From Parcubacteria group bacterium M6-OD1-1 (GTDB taxonomy: Bacteria > Patescibacteriota > Minisyncoccia > GWC2-36-17 > M10-OD1-4), in the NCBI GenBank assembly GCA_003056085.1, contig LSNK01000002.1, positions 42,485 through 106,484 on the forward strand: 64,000 nt of DNA. Reading direction: 5' to 3'. Positions within the stretch are counted from its first letter, which is position 1, and each line of letters begins with the position of its first letter. The position numbers were made by a program, and so were the translations under genes. The notes beneath the pieces were generated by a model. That model saw nothing but the letters and a program-made list of their open reading frames with translations, was not told where the DNA came from and did not search any database. Positions 38,527 to 48,253 of the stretch are shown one piece after another.

Positions 38527-40614
38527 CTATTTAATTTTTCCTTCTTTTATGTCTTTAATAAATTGAGTAGCACGAGCTCTTTCCTTCGGGAAAAGCTCTA
38601 TTATTTTTTTAGTGGTTTTTATGGCTCTTTCTTCCTCGCCCATTTTTGCAAAAGCGACAGCCACGTCTATATATTGCTTCGTTGAGAGCTTTCTTGTATT
38701 TAAAATATTATTATAAACATCTATGGATTTTTGTTTTTGACCAAGTTTTGCATAATTAAACGCGAGCGTCATTTCAAATTTAAGACTACCCGTAAGTTCT
38801 GCCGCTTTTTTTAAGTTTCTAAGCGCTTCTTCATTTTCTCCCAAAAGAGCCTTTATTCTATACCTTTGAAGATACAAAGTTGGTTTTTGCGGAGCAAATT
38901 CCAAAGATTTTTCCAAAACTTTGTCGGCTTCCAAAAGAAGATCTCTGTTTTCTCTATCCACCGCTGCCATACTTGAAAGAAATAGATAATATCTAAAATT
39001 ATCCGGCTCTTCTTTTGCTGTTTTTCTTAACTCTTCTTCAGTTTTATCAAAAAATCTCCTTTTTTGTTCTTCCGGCATATTTTTTATTTTTGTGATTTTC
39101 TGAGCGTATTCAACCATCCTTGAACGCATTTCAGGCTTTCCCATAAGAGCTGTTTCTAAAGATTTCTCAAAATATCCCAAAGCTTCATCTGACCTTGAGG
39201 GATGCAGCTGTAACGCCTGGATGCCAAAATAAGAAGACTGAGCGGGTTTGACATTGAAGCCATAGATCAAAAAACCCAAAATAACAATAAGCAAAACAGC
39301 CGGTTGTATCGGAATATTTGCTTTTTTGTCTGCAATTTCCTCTTTTTCTGATGTTAAAAATACAAAAAATGCGAGTAAAAAGAAAAATGATAAATAAGTA
39401 ACCAAACTGTCAAAAACAAATATATTTTGGAAAAAATAAGCAAAAAGCAAAGCCATAAAAAGATAACTCACAAAGAAATTATCTTCATTTTTCCTCCTGT
39501 ACTGCAAAAGCAAATAGATAGCCGCGGCAAATATAGCCAAGTAACTTAAAAGACCCACAAAGCCGGCTGAAGACAAAGTGTCAAAAATTATATTATGCGC
39601 ATGATCAAACCAACTCTCTGCCGGATAAAGTCTTGGGTCATAGTATTTGTCAAAAATCAAATTGTAATTTTCCATTCCCCAACCCAAAACAGGATGCTCT
39701 TTAACCCCTTCCCAGCTTACACCGGCTGACAAAATTCTTGTTTTTGTGGTTGAATCTGTTAAAGATATGGAAGTTAATCTTTTTATAGGCTCCAAAAACG
39801 CATTTGCATTAAACAAAGCCAATATCAAAACCAAAAATAACCCCTTCAATATCCAATTAAATATTTTATTTTTTGCAGGATTAAGCCATTCTTTCAAATT
39901 TGATTTGTTTTTAAAGAAAAATGCTCCGCCCAAGAACAAAAATGACGCTAAAACGCCCAAAATAGCCCCTCTTGTTGAACTTAAATACAAAGCCAACAAA
40001 CTCACAAATAAAGAAACTCCATAAAAATATTTGAACTTATTTTTATCCGAAAACAGCAAAAACATCGCGAAAAAAGCATTAAACATCATATAAGCCGAGA
40101 AAAATGCGGCGTTTCCTATTGTGGCGTCTATTCTATTGGTCCCGGAGTTATATAAAAAAGAAAATCCTATTTTTTGTCCAAGCCCATACAAACCGACGAT
40201 AAAACCTGCCGCCAAAAAAGACCTGAAAAGAAAAATCCAATCTCTTTTTTTTAAAAATATAGATTTTGCAATCAAAAAAAGCGCCACAAAATGCGCTAAA
40301 TTAAAAATCCCCAGCATCCTTTCAAATGTTCCAAAAAAACTTCTAAAAATATTTTCTCCAAAAATTGCAGCTATAGTAAAAACGCCAAGAAAAACCAAAA
40401 CACTCTTTGTCAGCACATCAAACTTAGGAAGATAAGATTTATTTGAAATCGCTAAAATAATATATAAAAACAGCGCCACCTCTATCAAAACCTGAAAAAC
40501 CAATGTTTTAGGAACTATAAATGGAAAATAAAACTGATCCAAAACAATAAGAGGAGTGAAAAAAGACGTCGCAATAATCCATTTTATTATATTTACGATG
40601 GTTGATTCTTTCAT
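38527..40614 (-). CDS. O-antigen ligase-like (Wzy_C) polytopic membrane protein fused to C-terminal TPR repeats, paralogue 1
   Basis: LSSTRGAILGVLASFLF motif in a roughly 12-TM domain; C-terminal TPR-like helical repeats; about 50% identical to the neighbouring gene. Confidence 0.7.
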   Translation of the reverse strand: MKESTIVNIIKWIIATSFFTPLIVLDQFYFPFIVPKTLVFQVLIEVALFLYIILAISNKSYLPKFDVLTKSVLVFLGVFTIAAIFGENIFRSFFGTFERMLGIFNLAHFVALFLIAKSIFLKKRDWIFLFRSFLAAGFIVGLYGLGQKIGFSFLYNSGTNRIDATIGNAAFFSAYMMFNAFFAMFLLFSDKNKFKYFYGVSLFVSLLALYLSSTRGAILGVLASFLFLGGAFFFKNKSNLKEWLNPAKNKIFNWILKGLFLVLILALFNANAFLEPIKRLTSISLTDSTTKTRILSAGVSWEGVKEHPVLGWGMENYNLIFDKYYDPRLYPAESWFDHAHNIIFDTLSSAGFVGLLSYLAIFAAAIYLLLQYRRKNEDNFFVSYLFMALLFAYFFQNIFVFDSLVTYLSFFFLLAFFVFLTSEKEEIADKKANIPIQPAVLLIVILGFLIYGFNVKPAQSSYFGIQALQLHPSRSDEALGYFEKSLETALMGKPEMRSRMVEYAQKITKIKNMPEEQKRRFFDKTEEELRKTAKEEPDNFRYYLFLSSMAAVDRENRDLLLEADKVLEKSLEFAPQKPTLYLQRYRIKALLGENEEALRNLKKAAELTGSLKFEMTLAFNYAKLGQKQKSIDVYNNILNTRKLSTKQYIDVAVAFAKMGEEERAIKTTKKIIELFPKERARATQFIKDIKEGKIK

Positions 40615-40645
40615 TTTTTATTTTAGAGTTTATGCGTTCAATGGT

Positions 40646-40676
40646 TACCTCCCATAGGTGTCACCTATGGGAGGTA
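40646..40676. repeat. REP-B copy 2 (tacctcccataggtgTcacctatgggaggta) between the two Wzy-TPR paralogues
   Basis: Read directly. Confidence 0.8.
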
Positions 40677-40691
40677 AAGGAAAATTTTATT

Positions 40692-42809
40692 TTATTCTAT
40701 TTTGAAATTTCCGTTCAAAAACCTGCCTTTCTCAATCTCCTTTATAAACAATGGTCCGTCAGACTTAAAATCAGGGTTATTTTCCATTATTTTCTTTATT
40801 ATTGTTATTGCTTTATCATTCTCCCCCATACTTGCCAATTCAACCGCAATAGTAATTTGTTTTTTTAAATCTATACCGCCTCTTTCAAAAATCTTTTCTA
40901 AAAGCTCAATTGACGCCTTAGTATCTCCTATTTTTCTGTAACTTGACGCCAAAACAATACTTATATCAGGATCATAATACAAATCCATAGCTTGTTTTAA
41001 TTCACTAAGCGCCTCTTCATTTTTTCCTAAAAGAGCCTTCACCCGATATTTTTGAAGGTGTAGTGTTGGTTTGTTTTTAGCGAGTGGAGTAATCTTATCT
41101 AAAGCTGCGTCTATTTCTTTTAGAAGCTCCTTGTTCTCTCCGTCTATAAATGCCGCATTAGTAAAGTATGAATAATACCTAAAATTTTTCGGCTCTTCGG
41201 AAATCGCCTCTCTTGCCCTCTCTATAGTTTTTTTTGCAAATCTTGTTTTTGCGTCACCTGATATATTCTCATTACGCGAAAGATTTATAGCGTAATCCAT
41301 CATTCTTGAGCTTATTTCAGGCTTCCCCTGTAATGCAAAATCAAATGCCTTTTTAAAATTCTTAAGAGCATCATCAGAATAATTAGGAGATGTAATTATA
41401 GCATTAGTTATGTAGTGAGCAGCCATAGCCGGCTTAATATTAAAAAAATAAACAACAGCTATAAGCGTAATCAGTAAAACCCCAAAAGAGGCGGGGTTGA
41501 TGCCGGACTTATTACCGGTATACGTGCTTTTTTCTCCTGTTGATAAAAATCCAACAAATGCCAATAAAATAAAAAATGGCAAATACGTAGCAAGCGCATC
41601 AAATACAAAAAGATTTTGAAGAAAATAAGCCAATATTAATGCCATAAAGATACGACTGACAATAAAGTTTTCTTCTTCTAATTTTCCATAACAAAAAAGC
41701 AAATAAATAACAACTCCCAAAAGAAATAAATAACTTAAAAGCCCAAATGCTCCGGCAGAAATTAAATTATCAAATATTATATTATGCGCATGATCAAACC
41801 ATTCTTCTGCAGGATATAGTCCCGGATCATAATATTTATCAAAAACCAAGTTGTAGTTTTCAGGCCCCCACCCCAACAAAGGACGCTCCAAAAAACCATT
41901 CCAACTCACTCCTGCCGCCAAGATTCTTGTTTTTGTCGTTGTGTCATTAAGCGATATAGAACCTATTCTTTTTAAAGGATCTAAAAGAATATCTTTATTA
42001 ACAAAAAATAAAATAATAATTATTGCAAAAAATCCAAAAATCCAAGCCAATCCTTTATTACTCTTAATGTTTGAAAATTTTATATTCTTCCTATTATGCA
42101 AAAGCCAAGCACCGGCTAAAAATAAAAATGCGAAAAAAGCCCCTAAAATAGCTCCTCTGGTTTCACTTAAATAAATACCTAAAATACCAATAATAAATGA
42201 AAATTTATAAAAATAATTAAAAAATTTACTTCCTCTGTCAATAAACATTAAAGCCATTGCGAAAAAGGTGTTAAATATCATATAAGCGGCAAAAAAAGCG
42301 GCGTTTCCTATAGTTGAGTCTATTCTGTTTGTCCCTTCATTATACAAGGAAGAAATACCAAGCTTTTGTCCAAATCCATAAAGCCCTACAATAACACCAG
42401 CAAATAAAAATACTCTGAAAAGCTTTATCCAGTCTTTTTTATTTGTAAATACAGCTCTGAGTATAAAAAATAAAACAACAAAATGCGCTAAATTAAAAAC
42501 CCCGAGCATCCTTTCAAATGTTCCAAAAAAACTTCTAAAAACATTCTCTCCAAAAATCCCTGCTATTAAATAAACCCCGAAAAAAAGCAAAACTGATTTT
42601 GCCAAAATATCCATTTTTGGTAAATATGATTTGTTGGATATCACTAATAAAATATAAAAAAACAAAGCCACTTCTATCAAAACTTGAAAAAAGATAGCTT
42701 TTGGAACTATAAATGGAAAAAAGAAATAATTAACTATAAGAATTGGAGCAAAAAATGAGGCAAATATTAATCCTTTTATTATTTTTAAATTTAAGACTTC
42801 TCCTATCAT
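40692..42809 (-). CDS. O-antigen ligase-like (Wzy_C) membrane protein with C-terminal TPR repeats, paralogue 2
   Basis: LSETRGAILGAFFAFLF; same architecture as 38527..40614. Confidence 0.7.
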   Translation of the reverse strand: MIGEVLNLKIIKGLIFASFFAPILIVNYFFFPFIVPKAIFFQVLIEVALFFYILLVISNKSYLPKMDILAKSVLLFFGVYLIAGIFGENVFRSFFGTFERMLGVFNLAHFVVLFFILRAVFTNKKDWIKLFRVFLFAGVIVGLYGFGQKLGISSLYNEGTNRIDSTIGNAAFFAAYMIFNTFFAMALMFIDRGSKFFNYFYKFSFIIGILGIYLSETRGAILGAFFAFLFLAGAWLLHNRKNIKFSNIKSNKGLAWIFGFFAIIIILFFVNKDILLDPLKRIGSISLNDTTTKTRILAAGVSWNGFLERPLLGWGPENYNLVFDKYYDPGLYPAEEWFDHAHNIIFDNLISAGAFGLLSYLFLLGVVIYLLFCYGKLEEENFIVSRIFMALILAYFLQNLFVFDALATYLPFFILLAFVGFLSTGEKSTYTGNKSGINPASFGVLLITLIAVVYFFNIKPAMAAHYITNAIITSPNYSDDALKNFKKAFDFALQGKPEISSRMMDYAINLSRNENISGDAKTRFAKKTIERAREAISEEPKNFRYYSYFTNAAFIDGENKELLKEIDAALDKITPLAKNKPTLHLQKYRVKALLGKNEEALSELKQAMDLYYDPDISIVLASSYRKIGDTKASIELLEKIFERGGIDLKKQITIAVELASMGENDKAITIIKKIMENNPDFKSDGPLFIKEIEKGRFLNGNFKIE

Positions 42810-42908
42810 TTTATTTTAAAATTAAGTTAAACAATCCAACAAAGTTAGGTTGGATGAAAAAAATTTCTATTTATTAGTTAATTATACATCAAATATTTAG
42901 AATATCAA

Positions 42909-43613
42909 TTAATCTATCCCATAGGTGACACCTATGGGATCTTTGGAATAATTAATCCAAAAGTTTACAAAGTCATCAAATTCATTCTTATTATTGAAAT
43001 AATCAGGAAAAACCTCTTTATTTATAATCTTGCCTTCTGTCCTGTGTTTGTCTGTATAATCAGGATAGCTGGACCAAGAATATTCGTCTAAATATTTTCT
43101 TATTTGGCTTTGGTTAGAAGAATTTTTTAACTTATTTTTCCAATCAATATCCATTATTTTAACCGGATTAAGATGTATATAAGCAAATAAATATTTAAGA
43201 TACTCATCATTGTCCACATGAGATGACTTAAACGCTCCTTCAAAAAGACTTCCGACTCTCTTGTTCTTTTTATTAAAATACATTGAATAAGCAGTGAGTA
43301 TTTTTTTCATAAATAAACTTATTCCACCATCAATTTTCTCTTTAATAAGCAAATGAAAATGATTTGACATAAGACAATACGCGCCTACATCAACAATCGT
43401 ATCACCTCTATTAAATTTAAAAACATCAGAGACAGCAAATCCATTCATAAATAAATCTCTTATCGTTATGTTTTTTGTGGTATTACAAAGATACAATAAA
43501 CAAATAAACCTAAAATGATCTTTAGGCTCCATAAAAATAATTCGCTTATCTACTCCCCTGTTGTAAATATGATAATACTCACCTGGAGCAAATGATACTT
43601 TTCTGTTTCCCAT
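42909..43613 (-). CDS. REP-associated tyrosine transposase (RAYT), paralogue 2; the 3' end of the ORF is formed by a REP-B copy
   Basis: YHIYNRGVDKR, HuH motif MSNHFHLLI, GSLFEGAFKSSHVDNDEYLKYLFAYIHLNPVK. Confidence 0.8.
   Translation of the reverse strand: MGNRKVSFAPGEYYHIYNRGVDKRIIFMEPKDHFRFICLLYLCNTTKNITIRDLFMNGFAVSDVFKFNRGDTIVDVGAYCLMSNHFHLLIKEKIDGGISLFMKKILTAYSMYFNKKNKRVGSLFEGAFKSSHVDNDEYLKYLFAYIHLNPVKIMDIDWKNKLKNSSNQSQIRKYLDEYSWSSYPDYTDKHRTEGKIINKEVFPDYFNNKNEFDDFVNFWINYSKDPIGVTYGID
42916..42940. repeat. REP-B copy 3 (atcccataggtgAcacctatgggat), overlapping the RAYT-2 C-terminal codons (DPIGVTYGI)
   Basis: Read directly. Confidence 0.8.
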
Positions 43614-43643
43614 AGCCTAAATTATACCATAATTCTCAATTCT

Positions 43644-43664
43644 ACATAGGTGACACCTATGGGA
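43644..43664. repeat. REP-B copy 4 (degenerate: acataggtgAcacctatggga) just upstream of the RAYT-2 start
   Basis: Read directly. Confidence 0.65.
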
Positions 43665-43690
43665 TGATGTTTGTGTTGTGTGTACACACA

Positions 43691-43729
43691 CAAAAACCCC
43701 GATCTTATAAAAAGAATCGGGGTTTTTGC
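43691..43729. terminator. Terminator aaaccccgat...atcggggttt flanked by A/T runs (3' of the large surface-protein gene)
   Basis: Read directly. Confidence 0.6.
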
Positions 43730-43800
43730 TTGCCTATTTTAAAGGCTTAGTCCCTACCTAACTTATAACTTAAAGTTAGGAAAGTACAAGACGGTTAGAC

Positions 43801-46800
43801 TTAGTCAAGTGAGTAAGAATCCGTTGGAATTCCTACAACCTTGTAATCGTTAAACCAGTCTGTAGTAGTTAGACTATGACTTGATGCAGATTTATCAGAC
43901 CAAATAAATGATCCTCCAGCACCTGCCAAACCTGACGTATATGCTGCTGCATTACTATGTGATGTACTTCTGTTTGAAATTGAAGTTTGTACATACGCAC
44001 TTGAGTCGATAGTACCACCGACAGTTGCCTTCAAGCTATAGGTCTTTGAGCCACCTGCTCCAATTTCCTGAGCACTTGTAGGAACTACCCTAATTGTACT
44101 TGTTGCATACTGTATTGTTGCTGTATCCGTAGGAACTAAAGTTGTTCCTTCGTAAAGCGCAATACTACTCAATGTAAGAGCGGTAGAAGTACTGTAGTTA
44201 AACAATATTTCTTTCCATGCGACAGTACCATTTGTGTCTGCAGATACTATGAACTTACCGATTGTCTGTGTTCCAGAACCAACCTGTAGTCCTGTTGAGA
44301 CATCTGCAGTAACCGTAGGAACTGTTTTAACAACATATTGAGCATTTCCTGAAACTGCAGGATATGCTGTTGTTGATGAACCAGTTCCATCTGATACTTT
44401 ATAACTGTTTAATGTAACTTTTACATTTAAATCAGTTGTTGCTGCTCCTACACCAACATCCGCCAATTGAAGATATACATCAACAACCTTGTCTTGATTT
44501 GCAGGAACTGAGAAACCAATTCCAGTTGATGTTGTTGCGTAGAAACCGTTAAACGGTTGCGTAGCAAGCGTTTTTCCAGAAGTATCCTTGAAGATTACAT
44601 TTTGAATTACATTTTGCGAACCTGATGCGACAGATGCTCCAAGTTGATCGATTGTGTAGTTTTGATTTGTTGAAGTAAATTTGAATGCTCCAACTTTAAC
44701 AGTATTATTTGCAACGTTAAGCGCAATAGCAGGCTTTGAAGCGTCCGCTGCAACAGCGAATGTTCCTGTTCCTATTGTCATTGTTTGTCCTACTGTTGCT
44801 CCAGCTGTTACAGATTGCCCTGAACTAACAGTTGTTCCGGCAAATGTTAAGCTTGGAATTACACTTTCTCCAGAAGTTATATCAGAAGAAAGATCGGCAT
44901 ATACTGCAACATTTATAGTTGTATTTGCAGAAAGCGTCTTACTTATAGACCATGACTGTGAATTTGCGCCTGATGCTTTTACAGAAGTTGTGTCTGGTCC
45001 GTACACAACATACAAATTAGTTATGTCTGTTGAAGTAGCGGAGAAACCTGTACCATTGTTATTCAATGTAAGAGTAATGGTATTAAGTGTTACATCTTCT
45101 GTGTCATCGGCTGTTAGTCTAAATTCACCAATCTTGTAAGCTGTCTGAGGAACAACTACTGTCTGTCCTGCATATGCTGTGTACTTAGCAAGACTCATTG
45201 AGCCTGAAACAACGGTTACAGTATTTGCAGTTGCTGCTGCAGAGCTTATATATCCAAGGGAAGATACTTGCTGAACATTTGAAGATCCTACCACAAGTGA
45301 AACCTGAAGAGTTTCATTTGCAACAAGACCATTTATTCCATCATCATCAAAGACGTCAGCCCTCACCTCAAGAGTTACAGGAGAACCAGGATTAACTATA
45401 AGAGATGAACCAAATGAATATTTAGTTCCAGCTGCAGCACCTTCTAAAGAAGCTGTGCTTCCAACCTGAACTCCATTTGCAAATAATGCTCCATTTCTAA
45501 GTGTCATTGTTGTACTTGCTGAACCATCATTTGTAACAGTTGCATACAAGTTTTCAATCTTCATAGATTCTCCAGCTGCTTTAAGTTCAAATTTAGCTAA
45601 AGTAACACCTGTTGCATTAAGAGTAACATCACCTGAAGGTGAGTCTGATGTTTTTGTTATTGTAAGAGTTCCTGAAGAAATACTCTGTGTCCCAGATGAA
45701 CGAGCACTGAATGTTGTGCTATTTGCCTGCGCAAGAATATTTGCTCCGTAGTCTTTGTCTACAACATCAACATCGGCTGTTTGTCTAAGTGAGAACAAGA
45801 AATTTCTACTTGAACCTCCTACGACATCACCAACCATTTTTATGGTTCTATTTCCTGTTTTAAGTTCAATAGGACTTGTTGATAAATCAAATGTCACATA
45901 TCCGTTAGCATCTAACTGTGCTACTGTATTTCCAACTTTTACTCCGTCAACAAAAAGCTCAAAATTAGCAAGGTCAGCAGTTTGTACAGACCCTATCATT
46001 CTAAGTCTGAATGATTTTAACATTGCGCTTCTTGTTCCGATAGCTACAGTATTTTTCCACATTATAAAATCATCTTGTGGTTGAAGACTTGTATTTGTTG
46101 CTGGTGTTGTTGTTGTGTTGAAACTAACTGAAGCAAGCGTAGCTGTTGCTACTGTATGCAAGTTTCCTGAAACTGGAAATGTTCCTGAAATTGCAGCGTC
46201 AGATGCAACGCCAGCAAGTGCTACTCCAACTGTCTGTCCTGATGTTCCTGTTGCGATGTCTGATTTAACAGTGATTGTTACACTTGAATTTGCAGGTACT
46301 GTTAAGATTCCTGCGCTATTTACAAAAGTAATAACACCTGAAGAAACAGTTGCGGAATCAGTTAATCTACTTATTCCATCAAACAAATAAACATTACTTA
46401 ATGTTGTATCTGCTGATACACCTATTCTATTAAGTGTTACTTTTGTAACTTTAGCATCTGTTGCTGTAGAATTTGTTAAAGTAAAGTGCGCAAGATCAGC
46501 TATTGACTGCCCTGCAATAAGAGTTCCTGAAGCTGGATTGTCGGATGCTAATGATACTGAAACCTCTGCGACAACTGGAGGTGTTGGAGTTGTTGTTACT
46601 ACTCCATAAACAGATCCTGTTGCGTAATAGTTAACTTCTCTTTCATTAACTGTAAAGATTTGGTCCCAGCTGTAACCTCTTGAATTGAAAGCTTCTACGC
46701 TCGCAATGTGATGTTTAACAGCTGATGATCCTTGTTCCTCAAGAGAGTAAACTCTTGGGTCAACGTCTGCCTTATAAAGGTCAGATGTTTCGTACGCGTC

Positions 46801-47109
46801 AACTGTTGACTGAGGAACGATTTTGATGTCACTCCAATTTAAGTGACCGTACATATTAAATACTTCCGGGTTGAAGATATGTCTCTTCCATCCCGCATAA
46901 GAACCGTGAGCTTTATCATTTATAATGTAAACCTCAGGTGCGTCAGCAGTCTTTATAAGACTACCCTCCGACAAATCTGAAGCTGCGTTTGCTGATATTA
47001 CAGGCATAAGCGCTGCAAGACCGGACAAAACAACTGTTGTTGCCAAAGTTAAAGCTATCGCAAGAAATTGCTTGAATTTCTCGTTAGCTCCACTTGATAA
47101 TGAATTCAT
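43801..47109 (-). CDS. Large (1102 aa) secreted Thr/Ser/Val/Ala/Gly-rich surface protein (adhesin or S-layer-like beta-rich repeats) with an N-terminal signal peptide; GC-richer than the neighbours
   Basis: Signal peptide ...VISANA; long low-complexity T/S/V/G-rich repeats; SD AAGGA 9 nt upstream of the ATG. Confidence 0.7.
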   Translation of the reverse strand: MNSLSSGANEKFKQFLAIALTLATTVVLSGLAALMPVISANAASDLSEGSLIKTADAPEVYIINDKAHGSYAGWKRHIFNPEVFNMYGHLNWSDIKIVPQSTVDAYETSDLYKADVDPRVYSLEEQGSSAVKHHIASVEAFNSRGYSWDQIFTVNEREVNYYATGSVYGVVTTTPTPPVVAEVSVSLASDNPASGTLIAGQSIADLAHFTLTNSTATDAKVTKVTLNRIGVSADTTLSNVYLFDGISRLTDSATVSSGVITFVNSAGILTVPANSSVTITVKSDIATGTSGQTVGVALAGVASDAAISGTFPVSGNLHTVATATLASVSFNTTTTPATNTSLQPQDDFIMWKNTVAIGTRSAMLKSFRLRMIGSVQTADLANFELFVDGVKVGNTVAQLDANGYVTFDLSTSPIELKTGNRTIKMVGDVVGGSSRNFLFSLRQTADVDVVDKDYGANILAQANSTTFSARSSGTQSISSGTLTITKTSDSPSGDVTLNATGVTLAKFELKAAGESMKIENLYATVTNDGSASTTMTLRNGALFANGVQVGSTASLEGAAAGTKYSFGSSLIVNPGSPVTLEVRADVFDDDGINGLVANETLQVSLVVGSSNVQQVSSLGYISSAAATANTVTVVSGSMSLAKYTAYAGQTVVVPQTAYKIGEFRLTADDTEDVTLNTITLTLNNNGTGFSATSTDITNLYVVYGPDTTSVKASGANSQSWSISKTLSANTTINVAVYADLSSDITSGESVIPSLTFAGTTVSSGQSVTAGATVGQTMTIGTGTFAVAADASKPAIALNVANNTVKVGAFKFTSTNQNYTIDQLGASVASGSQNVIQNVIFKDTSGKTLATQPFNGFYATTSTGIGFSVPANQDKVVDVYLQLADVGVGAATTDLNVKVTLNSYKVSDGTGSSTTAYPAVSGNAQYVVKTVPTVTADVSTGLQVGSGTQTIGKFIVSADTNGTVAWKEILFNYSTSTALTLSSIALYEGTTLVPTDTATIQYATSTIRVVPTSAQEIGAGGSKTYSLKATVGGTIDSSAYVQTSISNRSTSHSNAAAYTSGLAGAGGSFIWSDKSASSHSLTTTDWFNDYKVVGIPTDSYSLD

Positions 47110-48144
47110 ATTAATTTTCCTTAAATCGCAAACCTATCTGCCTTGCGGTAGATAAATTTACTTGAATTTAAGATTACTAAGCAATACTAAATAATTAAAA
47201 TATTCTCTCAATACAAACATGAATATAGAATCGAGTTGCCCCTTTCAAAAAAGAGGATCGACCTAACTCCGTTATTCACACGATTAGACTTAAAGTTTTT
47301 AGTTAGCCTCGCTAAGCCAATAAGGAAATTAAAGAAATTAATACTATTTCCTTATTAAAAATAGTATTTCCCTTTAAAAACTACTACCTGATACAGAAAC
47401 TTCAGCAATTTTAGTAAGGAGTTGTTATTAAGTTTTCAATGTTCTTTCTGAAACTACCTTATGAAACCTAACCGCCACTTTTTGAACCACTTTTTATTCA
47501 GTTCAAAAACTAACGACTAAAGATCTAAATTAACTTAAAAATAAGGATATCGACAAAACACTATAAAATTTCTTATAAGACATTCTAACACTTTTTTTAA
47601 AGTATATCAATAGCTTAAATGGTTTTACGCGACACAACAACCAAGCTATTTAAAATAATTATATCAAAAAAAAGCGTTACAATCAACATAATATTTAAAA
47701 AATCAAATTGTAAAAAATAAATTAATTTAAGATACTAAAATATCAAATAAAATCCCTATAAACAAAAGGCTTTTTAAAAGATTACTTAACACGCTTCAAA
47801 ATAAACTTTTAATTCCTTTACACTTTGTGGATAACTTTATTTAAAAAAATAATTTAATAAATTTTAATATAAAAAATAAAATAAAAGTTATTCACAGTAC
47901 ATATATTAACTTTAAACTAAATTTAAAATAAAAAAATAAAGAGCTTAAAATAGATAATTAATTTTATAATTTGAATTTTTATTTTGTTTTTTAAAATACA
48001 AAAACTTCAAAAAAATCAACGAATGGCAACTGAAATATTAAGGTGAAAATACCGAAGTTAAAACTTAAAAATTAAGGCTGAATATTTTTTAAAATAACGG
48101 ATTTATCTGCATCTTTTAATCGGCAAACATCAATTTATAGGAAA

Positions 48145-48215
48145 TTTCCTTATTATTTCCCTATCAATATTTAATTTCCTTATTATTTCCCTATTATTTC
48201 CTTATTATTTTTTAA
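48145..48215. repeat. Short tandem direct repeats of atttccttattatttccctat (2.5 units)
   Basis: Read directly; related TTCCTTATT/AATAAGGAA motifs recur at 47320-47356, 49085-49230 and 51474-51536. Confidence 0.6.
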
Positions 48216-48253
48216 TTTTTCCTAAAAGTTCAACACAGAAAGAATTTAAATTA

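Noticed and set aside
44681-45139. Plus-strand ORFs (152 aa here; also 27004..27543, 30504..31055, 7281..7676, 16083..16447 and many of 60-130 aa) nested antisense within large well-supported minus-strand genes
   Set aside because: They are shadow ORFs with low-complexity or hydrophobic translations, no start or terminator context, and they are fully covered by homologous genes on the opposite strand.
48145-48215. CRISPR-like array (short direct repeats)
   Set aside because: The repeats are about 20 nt, AT-rich, contiguous without spacers and irregular. There are no cas genes.
47110-48253. Possible chromosomal replication origin (long AT-rich ORF-free region with a perfect DnaA-box 9-mer TTATCCACA on the minus strand at 47826-47835; another at 471-479)
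   Set aside because: There are only single isolated boxes, which is near chance expectation for two strands of 64 kb of AT-rich DNA. Gene orientation does not switch across the region, and no dnaA or dnaN is nearby.
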